Of a DNA stretch of 64,000 nt, positions 25,380 to 37,759 are shown piece by piece. A program made the position numbers and the translations under genes. Within the stretch, counting starts at the first letter, position 1. Each line of letters starts with the position of its first letter. The stretch is from Adineta vaga (Eukaryota; Animalia; Rotifera), in contig CP075492.1 of assembly GCA_021613535.1 (NCBI GenBank), forward strand, positions 14,384,001 to 14,448,000, given 5' to 3'. The notes beneath the pieces are model-generated. The model made no database searches, had not been told where the DNA came from, and saw only the letters and a list, made by a program, of their open reading frames with translations.

Positions 25380-27047
25380 CTAATCGTGACAACGACAAAC
25401 AATATGACCTGCATCACAACAAGCGCGTGCATCTGTTCCCCCGATACGATAATCGACTTGTGTTCTTGGTGTTGAATATATATCTTTTAATTTCGTTTCC
25501 AAAGCTTCATCGATAGCATCGTATACGGCTGGTGAAACGATAATTGGCGTTGATTCAGCTAAATCGTGACTCAAATCAAAGATTAATGGTGGTTTATGAT
25601 CGATAATTAATCCACGTTGACCACCACAAGCTCCATCAAGAGCCGAATATGTTGTATAATAAGCTTTATATTGATTGAAACGAACAGCTGTAAGAGTACC
25701 ATTTTGATCGGGATGAAATAAATATTCATGGCCTTGATTAGAACCATCGAAGAGTACTGAGCTAAGATCAATTCCATCGAAACTACGATTTGATGGTAAT
25801 GTAAAACCAGTAAGATGAGCAATGGTTGGCAACATATCCAAATGTGATCCAATGGCACTGGAAACAGTACCTGGTTTGATCATACTTGGCCAATGTGCAA
25901 TAAATGGTACTCGATGCCCTGCTTCCCATGTAGTAAATTTTGCTGTACCACCTCCGCCACCTCCAAATGGTAACGATGAAGCTTGCCATATACCACCAAA
26001 TGGTCCTTGATTTCCTGCTAGATCACACTTGGAAGACCATGGTCCATTATCACTAGTAAAGATCAGCAATGTTTGATTTAAGATATTCAACTCTTTTAAT
26101 AGTTGATAGGTTTGATTAATATGATAATCCATTTCACGTAATGTATCACCGTAAATACTCGGTATAGTACTGATATTTTTAAATCGTTGGGAATAATCAT
26201 GTGGAACATGCATATGTGACAAAGGTAGATAAAGAAAGAATGGTTTCTTGACTTTTACACTTTGTTGAATAAATCGTCGATCATTATCAATATATGATTG
26301 TGTTAATGTCGAAAGATTTACCGGTTGTTCAATAATTTCCTTATTACAATCGTCATTCAAACATCGTGGTGTAAGACATTGATACAATGGTATACCGACT
26401 GTTAAATCAGCTTCGATGATCTTCTTTATATCATCAGAATGTTCATGTTTTTGTTCAAAATGAAGTGGTGGATCTCGAGGACATACTTTCACAGGTGGAT
26501 GATTTGCTCCTGGATTATCTGTGCAACCCATATCAATACTATATGGAATACCAATATATTCATCAAATCCCCTATATGACGGATGAAATGGAGGACGATG
26601 TCCAAGATGCCATTTACCATGAATAGCAGTTGTATAACCGACACTTTTCAAATACTCCGATAGAATCGTTTCATTTGTCGGTAATCCTCCGAGGGCAGTT
26701 GGTGCAAAATTTTGCCAAACACCAGTACGTTCTGGTAATCGTCCAGTTAGTAGAGTTGCTCGACTAACACTACAAACAGAAGCTCCACTATGATAATCTG
26801 GAAGACGAATACTTATGGATGCTAAATAATCAAGAAATGGTGTATCGCGTGTATTAGGCCAGTTTGCTCCCATATCACCCCAACTCATATCATCAGCCAT
26901 AATTAGGACAATATTGGGACGTGAACCGATTAAACGTCCCGATAAAGGAACAGTATGAAGAGTAAAACATGGCAATAAATATGTCAGTAACCACAATGAA
27001 GTAAAACATAAAAGTCGTGTTGTAAGAAAAAGAACTATCATTGTCAT
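25380..27047 (-). CDS. Arylsulfatase (ARSG/ARSA-like), secreted, intronless
   Basis: PNIVLIMADDM, CSVSRATLLTGR, GKWHLG, HVPH, SDNGPW, KFTTWEAGHRVP; N-terminal hydrophobic signal. Confidence 0.92.
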   Translation of the reverse strand: MTMIVLFLTTRLLCFTSLWLLTYLLPCFTLHTVPLSGRLIGSRPNIVLIMADDMSWGDMGANWPNTRDTPFLDYLASISIRLPDYHSGASVCSVSRATLLTGRLPERTGVWQNFAPTALGGLPTNETILSEYLKSVGYTTAIHGKWHLGHRPPFHPSYRGFDEYIGIPYSIDMGCTDNPGANHPPVKVCPRDPPLHFEQKHEHSDDIKKIIEADLTVGIPLYQCLTPRCLNDDCNKEIIEQPVNLSTLTQSYIDNDRRFIQQSVKVKKPFFLYLPLSHMHVPHDYSQRFKNISTIPSIYGDTLREMDYHINQTYQLLKELNILNQTLLIFTSDNGPWSSKCDLAGNQGPFGGIWQASSLPFGGGGGGTAKFTTWEAGHRVPFIAHWPSMIKPGTVSSAIGSHLDMLPTIAHLTGFTLPSNRSFDGIDLSSVLFDGSNQGHEYLFHPDQNGTLTAVRFNQYKAYYTTYSALDGACGGQRGLIIDHKPPLIFDLSHDLAESTPIIVSPAVYDAIDEALETKLKDIYSTPRTQVDYRIGGTDARACCDAGHIVCRCHD

Positions 27048-27681
27048 ATATTAGTTGAAGAATGTTATCAATCTCTACTTATTCAAACTAAATAAATAAA
27101 AGATTCTTTTTCTTTCACCAAGCACATGTTCTTTTTTCCATCATATGTAATGATTTCTCTGAACTCTAAACAATATAATAAATCATTATGTTATTATGTT
27201 GTTTCATGCTTCAGTTCAGAATTGTCGTGAAATCTAATTCTTTTTTTTTCTTTTTCTCATTTATATCACGTGGGAAGAATACGATACAAAAAGCAGTAAG
27301 AACTCATCGTGATAGAAGTGTTTTAGACGGTGATTTCGCTCAAATGTATACACTAAAAAATTTCTCTATTGCGATTCTATATCAAGATAATTACGTCCAA
27401 CATAATTATAAAAATACATACTTAACTAGTCGCTTCAATGCTCTGCAATATTAGTTTTTTCTATATTATACTATCAACGCAAATAAAATAAAAACTCGTG
27501 TAAAACTCAAGCACTTCTATCAGTATATAATTTCCTTGATATTAGCATATATAGATACATTATTTGAAAATCCTTGAAAAAATACTGCAACCATTTATAA
27601 CTGACGTTCATAAACAATTTTTGTAGTAAGTAACGACCAAGAATAAAACATCATCTAAATATTTCCCTTTTGATAAGAAAT

Positions 27682-30600
27682 ATGCGTGGACGAATTCATC
27701 AGTTATGGGAAAAGTCGAAACTATATTTACGAAATTTAAATTTATTTCCATCAGTTCCACCTTCAAATGATCGACATCAACTTCAAAATCAATTCATTTC
27801 AACACGATTATTTATTCTCTTATTCAGTCTATTATTACTCATCCTTCTCTCTTATACTTCTCTAGTCACTATTCGAAAAACTATCATCGTCAAAACACCA
27901 TCATTCACTGAATATGTACGATTGAATTCTACCTATTCTGAAACATTAACATGTGCATGCACTAAAATCTCGATTGACTACAAAGAGATTGTTCGTATTA
28001 ACTATACGTTACATCAAGTTTGTTCGAGTATTTTCATAACCAACAACTGGATGAATAGTTTCTATCCAAACAAGACGAACGGTTCGAATGATATACCAAT
28101 CTTAGATTTCCGAGTACTAGGTACATACTCATTTCAAGCTTTGAAAAGCTTCTGTGAACTCGCGAATCAAACAATCTCGGACAGTATAGATCAATTTTAT
28201 TTGAATCAGTACGTGAGCGCATTTGTAACAACATACGATCAATTTCAATTACAAGTTCAGCTTCTGGTTATTCAATTTCAATCTTCTATCATTCGCAATT
28301 TCTGGTCCTCATTGTCTATGATTCGGGAAACTACGCAAGGAAATGCTTTGTATTCAATCATTCAAATAGCATATAGATTATATTTAAATGAATATTCTAG
28401 GGGTTTATACATGACTTCGATCAAATACGTAAATTGTAGCTGTTCAGCTTCCAATAAATGTCTGGGAGACTCTAATATATACAGTTATCCAAGGCCTCAA
28501 ACACTGTTCACAGTTCCAAATTTTTATATCGGATGCTATGTGATAGAGGGATTGCTACAATCAACTCTTCAGTGCTTCTATGATCAGAACTGTATCAATA
28601 AACTTCAGTCTTACTTGTCAAACACTTCACCAGTTCCTGTCATAGCTCTTAACTCATCGTTACCAAGTAATTATCATACCAATTCAACAATTAACGAGCT
28701 TCTCAAACAGTTAATGATTGAACAATGGAATATCTTCATCATGTATGAGAATTACTATGGACAATGTAAGCCAGCTGAATGTAGTTATAGTTATAAGACA
28801 CAAAATGGTGCGCTTTATATCATTACAACAATGATTGGATTAGTTGGTGGTTTGGTAACAGCTTTGGAATTTGCTGTACCATGGTTGGTGAATATTATAC
28901 GAAGAAAAAAGAGAGAAAACAGGCCAGTTGAAGGTAAGAAAAAAGAGTAGTTTTAGTATCGATCATTAAAGTGTTTCCAATAATGATGATGTACGAAAAA
29001 ACAAATGAATCGATCTGCCACAAAATAACCTCAGCTTTGTAAATAGGTGGTTGAAATTTTCAGAGTGATGCATTTAAAAATAACTACTATAGTAATGGAT
29101 ATATATTTTACAGCTATACTCTAGAGTCATCAAATTATTTAAATATTTCAATTAGTAACGCTTCTTTATCCTTTGTAGTACTAAGTATTCATCAACGAAT
29201 AACACTGATACTCCAAACATTGAAACATTCCGTACGAAATTTAAATTTATTTCCATCAGTTCCACCTTCAAATGATCGACATCAACTTCAAAATCAATTC
29301 ATTTCAACACGATTATTTATTCTCTTATTCAGTCTATTATTACTCATCCTTCTCTCTTATACTTCTCTAGTCACTATTCAAAAAACTATCATCGTCAAAA
29401 CACCATCATTCACTGAATATGTACGGTTGAATTCTACCTATTCTAAAACATTAACATGTGCATGTACTAAAATCTCGATTGACTACAAAGAAATTGTTCA
29501 TATTAACTATACATTACATCAAGTTTGTTCGAGTGTTTTCATAACTAAAGATTGGATTAATTATATTGATTCTACCAATACAGAAATAAACTTGTATTAC
29601 TTGGATTTTCGTACAACAGCTGCATATATATTTCAAGTCCTAGAAGGTTTCTGTGAACTGCTAAATGAAACAATCTTCGACAGTCTGAATGAATTTTATT
29701 CTAATTCATATGTAAGCGCATCTATAACATCACTTAATGTATTTCCATCTCAAATTAACACATTGATCAGTCAATTTCAATCGGCAATGATTGATAAATT
29801 TTTATTATCGTTTCTCCTTATTCGGCAAACAACTCAAGGCAACACTTTACTGTCTGCATACATGACAAACTATTGGCCTGGCGTACCATGGGGAGCAACA
29901 TATGTCGGTTCGCGTGCCTTGGAATACGGTGAATGCTCTTGTGCTACATCAGCTACATGTGTCGTTCAATCATCGTTCTACAACTTGGCAGACACGTTAC
30001 CGATGTTCTCGTTGCCGGGTATTTATATAGGGTGTTATGTGATTGAAGCATTGCTTCAATCAACGCTTCAGTGCTTCTATGATCAGAACTGTACCGATAC
30101 AATTCAGTCTTATTTATCATTTACTTCACCAGTTCCAGTCATGGCTCTTAATTCATCTTTACCAAGTAATTATCATATCAATTCAACAATTAACGAGCTT
30201 CTCCAGCAGTTAATGATTGAACAATGGAATATCTTCATCATGTATGAGAACTACTATGAACAATGTAAGCCAGCTGAATGTAGTTATAATTATATGACAC
30301 GAAATGATGCGCTCTTTATCATTACAACATTGATCGGATTGGTGGGTGGCTTAGTTAAAGCTTTGCAGTTTGCTGTACCATGGTTGGTGAATATTATACG
30401 AAGAAAAAAGAGAGAAAACAGGCCGGCTGAAGGTAAGAATCCAAAGTATTCCTTGAGTAAATGGATCATTCTCAATTATATTAAATTGGGGATAGTCATG
30501 ATAGGCCCTTTTCCGATATTTAACAATAATTTTTTTATTCTTTTCAGCATTAAGCATTCTTGAACGAATGACACTATTATACCAAACATTGAAACATTCC

Positions 30601-31831
30601 GTACGAAATTTAAATTTATTTCCATCAGTTCCACCTTCAAATGATCGACATCAACTTCAAAATCAATTCATTTCAACACGATTATTTATTCTCTTATTCA
30701 GTCTATTATTACTCATCCTTCTCTCTTATACTTCTCTAGTCACTATTCAAAAAACAATCATCGTCAAAACACCATCATTCACTGAATATGTACGGTTGAA
30801 TTCTACCTATTCTAAAACATTAACATGTGCATGTACTAAAATCTCGATTGACTTACAAAGAGATTGTTCATATTAACTATACATTACATCAAGTTTGTTC
30901 GAGTGTTTTCATAACTAAAGATTGGATTGATTACATGTACAGCGGTAGTGAAGGTGGCTTATGGGCTGATGACTTTCGAATAGAATCTCCAAGTTTATTC
31001 CAGATATTAGGAGGATTCTGTGAATTAGTAAATCAAACATTATCTAGCCAATTTAATGTATTTTATTCAAGTGGATATATGAGTGCATTCGTAACACCAT
31101 ATGATTTATTTGAATCAGAAGCAAAAGCAGTCATTGATCAAGTCAAATCGTTCACAATTAGTAGATGGATGTTGTCGTTGTCTTTAACTCGACAAACTAC
31201 TCAGAGTAATTCTATTCTAGCAGGAATACTTAGTAACTATGATCTACAAGTAGTACCTGTTTCTGATGGTATTACATTTACAGTAACAGTTTACGGTAAC
31301 TGCAGTTGCGATTCTTCACCGCTATGTGCTGACCATTCTTATATTTATGACGAATTCACGCGTGACATATTATTTAAAATACCGGGTTTCTTCTATGGAT
31401 GTTATTTTGTTGAAGCATTGCTTCAATCAACGCTTCAGTGCTTCTATGATCAGAACTGTACCGATACAATTCAGTCTTATTTATCATTTACTTCACCGTT
31501 TCCTGTCATAACTCTTAATTCATCTTTACCAAGCAATTATCACGTCAATTCAACAATTAACGAGCTTCTCCAGCAGTTAATGATTGAACAATGGAATATC
31601 TTCATCATGTATGAGAACTACTATGAACAATGTAAACCTGCTGAGTGTAGTTATAGTTATGAGACACGAAATGATGCGCTCTTTATCATTACAACATTAA
31701 TTGGATTGGTGGGTGGTTTGGTAACAGCCCTGAAGTTAACTGTACCATTCGCAGTCAGATTGATTTCATATTGCATTCATAAATGGAGTATGAGAGTAGT
31801 TCCAGAGATGCTAAATTTACAACAAACATAA
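27682..31831 (+). CDS. Single gene with three concatenated 2-TM / Cys-rich ectodomain modules (~1260 aa); one +1 frameshift
   Basis: Phase-1 introns 28934-29178 and 30433-30547 (GTAAG...AG) join the modules in frame; extra T at 30853/4 relative to modules 1 and 2; each module is TM1 (RLFILLFSLLLLILLSY), ~330-aa ectodomain, TM2 (IITTLIGLVGGLV). Confidence 0.85.
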
Positions 31832-32099
31832 TTTATTTATAGACACATCTTTCTAGAATGAACATTGCGCGTATATATTGGTATGAAGACGGACGAAAAT
31901 ACAGAATCATTGACACTCTCATGGAAAATAGTTATGTCATGAGAGAACATAATGCTATCCAATCTTTTATTCTTAGTTTGTTGTATTAAAGATGTTAATA
32001 TATGTCTAACTGATACCAATTGATTTTAGATCTAAAAAGATCGCTATTAGGAACGAGTTGGTCCCGGAATTGTTTAAGTATTTACATTAGTTGTTCTGT

Positions 32100-33023
32100 T
32101 GTTCGTCGTTGGATGAATTTCATTTCTATTATTTATCCATCTGCGTGGTAATAAATCAGATATAAGACTTTTTAATTCATGAGAAAATCTTTGTGATGCC
32201 ATCTATATATAAATAGAACGATGCGGTAGGAAAAAAAGATAATTATTTTATTTCACCCATAGAACTGATGAATTGTTCGATAGCTGCTCGATCCGCTGAT
32301 TTATTTGTGACATAAATGGTTACAGCAATATGAAAATATGTAACCATCCATGGTGTTTGAGTTAACATGTGGACGACTATTTGAAATAGAAGCATTGCAA
32401 AAATTTGTTGATCACGTTTTCGATTCATGTTCTCCTCTTCATGCCGAACGTTTGAGTCGAAGATTTCGATGAATCAGTATGGCACAAATCATCATAATAG
32501 AAATGGCAAGAATACCTCCGGTTTGCATAGGTAATATCAACCAGATAATAGTATTTATTACAACCACAGGATAAGCAGTTCGAACTGATGTGAAATTTCT
32601 GATCCGATCATTTGCGGAGGTCGACATAAAACGATCGACACATGAAACAGTCAAATACCAACGATAGATCATAGTTACTATCTGTAGTATATAGAAACGA
32701 AATTTGCAGAAGGCAACATTTCTTGTAGTTGGATTCGGATGATTGAGTGAATATAAGAATGGCGCAATAGTGAGAGACAAATAGATTGCCATTAGTACTG
32801 ATGATGAGCTGAAATCTAAATAATAACAAAAATATCCATATGCTAAGCTCAATTCTATATATAAATTTACATATGGAAAACACGATATTGTACGAAATTG
32901 TCGCCGATTCAATACTATGATGTTAAAAAAGCAACCAATTATACCGAAAACCAAATAGGTTGAATAGACATAGCGAATAATATTTTGTTGAATAGCACAG
33001 AATGTGCTACCTAATGATGACAT
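32100..33023 (-). pseudogene. Orphan GPCR pseudogene
   Basis: FGIIGCFFN, FCKFRFY, CVDRF, RDQQIFAML; internal deletion after ILPMQ and frameshifts near 32440 and 32240; end approximate. Confidence 0.7.
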
Positions 33024-33716
33024 TGCAAGTATAGATATGAGGCCAGTTATAATGTATTTCTTCACAAAGATAAGAGATCTGAAATAAATAAAGATAACAT
33101 GCTCGTTAACAACTATAAAAAATAAGTAGGATGATATGATGTCAATTGGTTTGCTATAATTATCGGATTTTTGTTCAACAAAAAATAAAAGGGATAATTG
33201 AATGTAAATATGTATTTAGAGCAGATGAGAATCGATTCAAATTTTGCTTTCTTTTAGATTTTATTTAAGAGCATGACACAAATTGTTTCCTGAACATGAA
33301 CATTAGTTATGTCATGCATATCTCTTATAATTATTTAAACATGAATTCAAGGATACTCATTGGAGTATATGTAGATTGAAGAAGACATCCTCAATGATGA
33401 TGTTCTTCTAACATATAGGTTTTATTAATGATGGATAAGAATAGGAAAATATGAAATTGAAATAAAATCATGCTTTAAAACTCGGAGTTGTACTCAAGAA
33501 AAAGATTGCTAGATCAAAATATAATAATTAAATATATCAGTTTCTAGTAGTTCACATACTATGAATTTAACATTTAATGATCGAACGATGTTAATCTAGT
33601 TACATCTCTAAAACTTATGGTGTAATTAATAGTTAAAAACATGAGAGATATTCTGTATGAAAACGAACATTAAGACAATAAAGTGACGCCCTTTACATAA
33701 TTTACAATAGTTATTA

Positions 33717-35006
33717 TTACATATAAATAAATAGACTAATGTTATCGACTACAGTATTGTTGTTCATTCTAGAATATCGAATCATTGTGACAAGTACAGT
33801 GAAATAACGAGTTCCAATAGGTACTGTACCATTTGTTTGCCGAAACACCATTGTTGTTAGATTTGCTCGATCTGCATTGAGTATAGGTCCAAGAGTAAAG
33901 GAATTACCCACAATCTGATCGCTTATATCACTAAAAGACAGTCGTATTTCAGCAGAGTCATCCTGATTTACGATTCCACCAAGCCATGCAGAAAAATTAA
34001 ACTTCACTATGCCACTATTAATAAGTCCACTATTGAAGGATCTACTTAAATTTCCCTTTTGACACATCGTTGCTGATGCATATGTATGACCAATGAAAAA
34101 ACAATTACCAAGATGACTAAATAAGAAGAAAACTAGTTAAAAGATAGAATCTAACTTCATTCATTTCTTGCCTCGGTTTTAAATTGACATTTTCGTATTC
34201 AGAATAGAAACTATGATTATAAAATATTTGTGAAAGTGTTCCATTTGTATTCGATAATGATGGACTAGTCACAGTGCTATCAGTCGCGCAAGCACCAGTT
34301 TCACCATCAACATTTACTATGAAATTTGAGGTTGGAACTAAATTACAAACCTTCTTAGAATAATATAGTTTCGCGAAAAAATATTCACTGAAATGTAAAC
34401 TACGATTTGAAAATGAATGTCTAGGGTCAGATTTCATATCAACACGCATAATACTTCTAAAATAGACTCGCCTATCTTTGTTGCTGCTGTCACTGTTGTG
34501 CTTGTGAATTCAGTAGTAGTTGTTGGAGTAGTAACTATAAAGAAATTGAAAGCAATTTAGAACTTGCTTGATACAATTCATTTCTAATGCAGTACACGAA
34601 TAGATGTTGTCTAACAGTTATATTATCCATAGGGTTCTCGTTCAGATGATAAATTATTATGATTTAGTTTGATTGTTATGATAGAGAGAGAGAATGGAAA
34701 GCAAATAATAGTATTTTTCTACTTACGAACAGGCAGTAGTCTGTCTGATAGAGCTGTCATAGTTATAACACTTGATTGTGCCATCAAATGGCCATATTGA
34801 GTTGGAGTGTTAGAGAACAATTCACAGAGATTACTGTTTTGTTCGAACGTCACTGTACGACATTGTGGGTTCACTTCACATATTGCTTCGAAAGCCGTGT
34901 ACACACCTTTAATCTTTCTCGATAATTTCATCAATTGTTCTTCTCCTGTTTTATTTAATGAAGTATATAAATAGAATTGATTTGTGATAAATTTTTCAAG
35001 GAACAA
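33717..35006 (-). CDS. PAN/apple + Thr-rich linker + bacterial-like carbohydrate-binding beta-sandwich (multi-exon, possibly decaying)
   Basis: ICEVNPQCRTVTF...CELF; Thr-rich exon ~34470-34536; FIVNVDGETG...FSAWLGG..QDD.A...LGP...DR...VP.GTR...VDNISL; start uncertain. Confidence 0.55.
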
Positions 35007-35362
35007 ATCACTCGTTCTCCCATTACGTGTGAGATGAGTAAAAAGACAAGTTCGTCTCCATCATATCAGGCTCGGTATAGTTTTGTCATGTAATTTATTT
35101 AACTCACATCAACATAGATCGATTACAAAATTAAGTTGGAAAAAATTTACAACTTCTCTTCTTCAATCGGTAAACATTATAACAGAACACGCGAAAAAAG
35201 TAGATGCTATGTGTTATAACATCATAAAATCGAACGAGAAATGATACGCGATGGAAGAAAAACAACGGTCTTATAATCAATAGAAAATTTCTGATGAATC
35301 TCGCTAACCTTCCGAATAGATTTATCTGATTTCGATCATCAACTTTTCTTGTTAAATATGTT

Positions 35363-36292
35363 CTATGGCTTTGAATTTAATTTCTTAGTTAATGCTTGGT
35401 CAATTAATGTCATTGCAGTTAATGCATCCACTGTTAATTCATAAGTTAATCGATTGCGTTTATTTTTATAACGTTCATCAATCATTGAATGTTCAACAGA
35501 TGGATTGATACGAATGAAATGAGCAATCCATTTTTTATTATTAAACATCATTTCACTTTCATTTCTTACCGATGAAATTGTTGTACCAGCTCCTAATTCG
35601 ATAATTAATAATTTCGATTTTGTCTCGACGATATCCATTTTGAATTGTTCATAACGATCGATCTGTTCATTGTATCGTTCACCGGCATATTGACGATCCT
35701 CGAACATCAATATATTGGGTCGAGCTAAACTCTTACAATTTGGACAGAATGGTAATGGATCAATGACACAATTTGTTTCAGAATCGACATTGAGTTTCAA
35801 TGAATTATTGGTTGACCATACAGAATCAGCACAATTATTAACACATTGCATATAATCAATAGAACCATGACATTCAAGTATGGATAAATTATCCCAACCA
35901 GATTTTCTCCAATGACCATCGATATTACTCGTAAAACTAAATGCATATTTCATATGGTTTAGTTGACTCCATTGTTTCGCAATAAGATAACCTTGATGAG
36001 GAACAGCAGTAGTAAATAGATTGAACTGATAGATCCAAAATGCATATCCGAAATTAGCAGTATCATGTTTAATACTATTTCCTTGTTCTTTTCGAAACCA
36101 AATTGGATTACAAATATCTGTATAATCATACTTAGGTTCTTCTAATAATGGTGACCAAATATCAGCTGTACTTCCTCGAAAGGTACCAAGACCACTTCCA
36201 ACACTCATACCAGCACCACTTGTAAATAAGATTGATTGGCATTGCAGAATTAAGTCAACTATTTTATCAACAATTTGTTCGATTTCATTCAT
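35363..36292 (-). CDS. Sir2-family NAD-dependent deacylase, bacterial-type, intronless
   Basis: GAGMSVGSGLGTFRG, FTSNIDGH, ECHGS, C-x3-C...CPNC, RPNILMF, IELGAG. Confidence 0.9.
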   Translation of the reverse strand: MNEIEQIVDKIVDLILQCQSILFTSGAGMSVGSGLGTFRGSTADIWSPLLEEPKYDYTDICNPIWFRKEQGNSIKHDTANFGYAFWIYQFNLFTTAVPHQGYLIAKQWSQLNHMKYAFSFTSNIDGHWRKSGWDNLSILECHGSIDYMQCVNNCADSVWSTNNSLKLNVDSETNCVIDPLPFCPNCKSLARPNILMFEDRQYAGERYNEQIDRYEQFKMDIVETKSKLLIIELGAGTTISSVRNESEMMFNNKKWIAHFIRINPSVEHSMIDERYKNKRNRLTYELTVDALTAMTLIDQALTKKLNSKP

Positions 36293-36777
36293 GATTTAAT
36301 TTTGATGTACTTTTCGATGTCATAAAATTGAATTAAATAGAATATGACTATTCGAAAAGAGGATATATATGATGTCAGTGGATAAAGATAATCGATGAAA
36401 TAGCACTACTTTCTTTCTTCTTCCATTGATCTGAATGGGTGATTTCACATCAAATAGAAAAGAACACACTGAACGAGTCGCTCTTTCACACACTAGAATA
36501 CAGAGAAAAGGTTAATTTTCAAGTACACGGAAGAAATGATGAATTTCAAAAATTTTCATTATCGGGAAAAAGGAGAGTCAATACGAGGTAGCATATATAT
36601 TTAACAAATAAGAGTCAGGAAGCTTTGAAATATTTTCATTTATATTATTCTTTTTATTTTATGTAAATATCATGTCCGAGAAAAGAAATTCATTTATTAT
36701 TTGTTTTTTTGCTCGATCATGTTCAGATAGAAATCATTATTCGGAACTGTTCATTTTCTTTGTATAAAATTATTGCT

Positions 36778-37501
36778 ATGATTAGTTGGTACATTGGTGC
36801 ATTGTTCTTTTAATAATCAATCTGACGATAGGTGAATCAACAATTTCTTCTTTTCGATGAAACCTTATCGATAAGTTTATTCTAGCATGCACCATAAATT
36901 TGATCGTAAATGGCGATGGTGAAACTGGTTCATGTGAGCATAGCAATAGTATCACACATCCGACAGGTTGGTCATATTATGGAACGATCATACAAATGGC
37001 ATACAATAATTCAGGATATGGATCATTATATGACTCGTCACCAACCAAAGTATAGTAAATATACTTATTAGTTCATCTTGATATTCTATTTATTATTTTC
37101 AGTGACCGTGGTCGATGTTATTTTATTGGAGGCAACAGTGCAAGTACATCGTGGGTCAAATAGTGAATTTGACGGCATTTGCAAATATCATCGATAATGG
37201 TACGACCATGTTTAATTTGTCTTCATGGTTTGGTGGATGGAATACACAAGATGATAATGCTGCGTTAACCGTTACTTTTCAAAATTCTGCTTTGATGAAT
37301 ATCGGAAATTCAACGATTTTGGGTCCTTTTCTCGCAGTTGATCGTAATATTACAACTTGCAGTATTTTTCGAAATATAATTGGTTTAGTTCCTGTCAATG
37401 CTCGACAGATGACTGTTATGGTCAATATAACAAGAGTCAATGCAGGACAATCTAATGATGGTAGTGTTGACAATATTCGATTTGAAATTGCATGTAATTA
37501 A
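36778..37501 (+). pseudogene. Secreted bacterial-like carbohydrate-binding beta-sandwich protein, frameshifted; paralog of the 33717-34340 domain
   Basis: NLIVNGDGETG...PTGW...DRGRCYF.GG...LSSWFGGW..QDD.A...LGP...DR...NDGSVDNI; frameshifts in the signal exon (~36810) and near 37150. Confidence 0.6.
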
Positions 37502-37759
37502 TCTTCTTAGATTTCTTTTGCTAACGAGAAGATCAGTATAGCGCCATCACTTATTTTATAAAGTTATGATTCGAAAAGGATGTTACGTATTATAGTATAG
37601 TCATAGACGATCAATTGAGAATAAATATTTTCATATTTTCTAATCATATGAAAAAATACAATTAGTTTCTCAATTAGTTATACCTTTCTTTACATTTAGA
37701 TAAGATAATATATCTCGTGTTGTCAGTAACAATGAAATTTTGCTTTCATATTTGAATAG

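Noticed and set aside
8346-27047. Functional FGE-sulfatase pairing between the 8346-9221 gene and the arylsulfatase
   Set aside because: They are 16 kb apart, the FGE resemblance is weak and the FGE catalytic cysteine motif is not evident
27682-31831. Diversity-generating retroelement (template/variable repeat) explanation for the variable cores
   Set aside because: No reverse transcriptase in the window; differences are not adenine-specific and include indels
27670-31831. Three or four independent tandem genes
   Set aside because: Module 2 lacks an ATG, and both junctions have consensus in-frame splice sites; still needs cDNA confirmation
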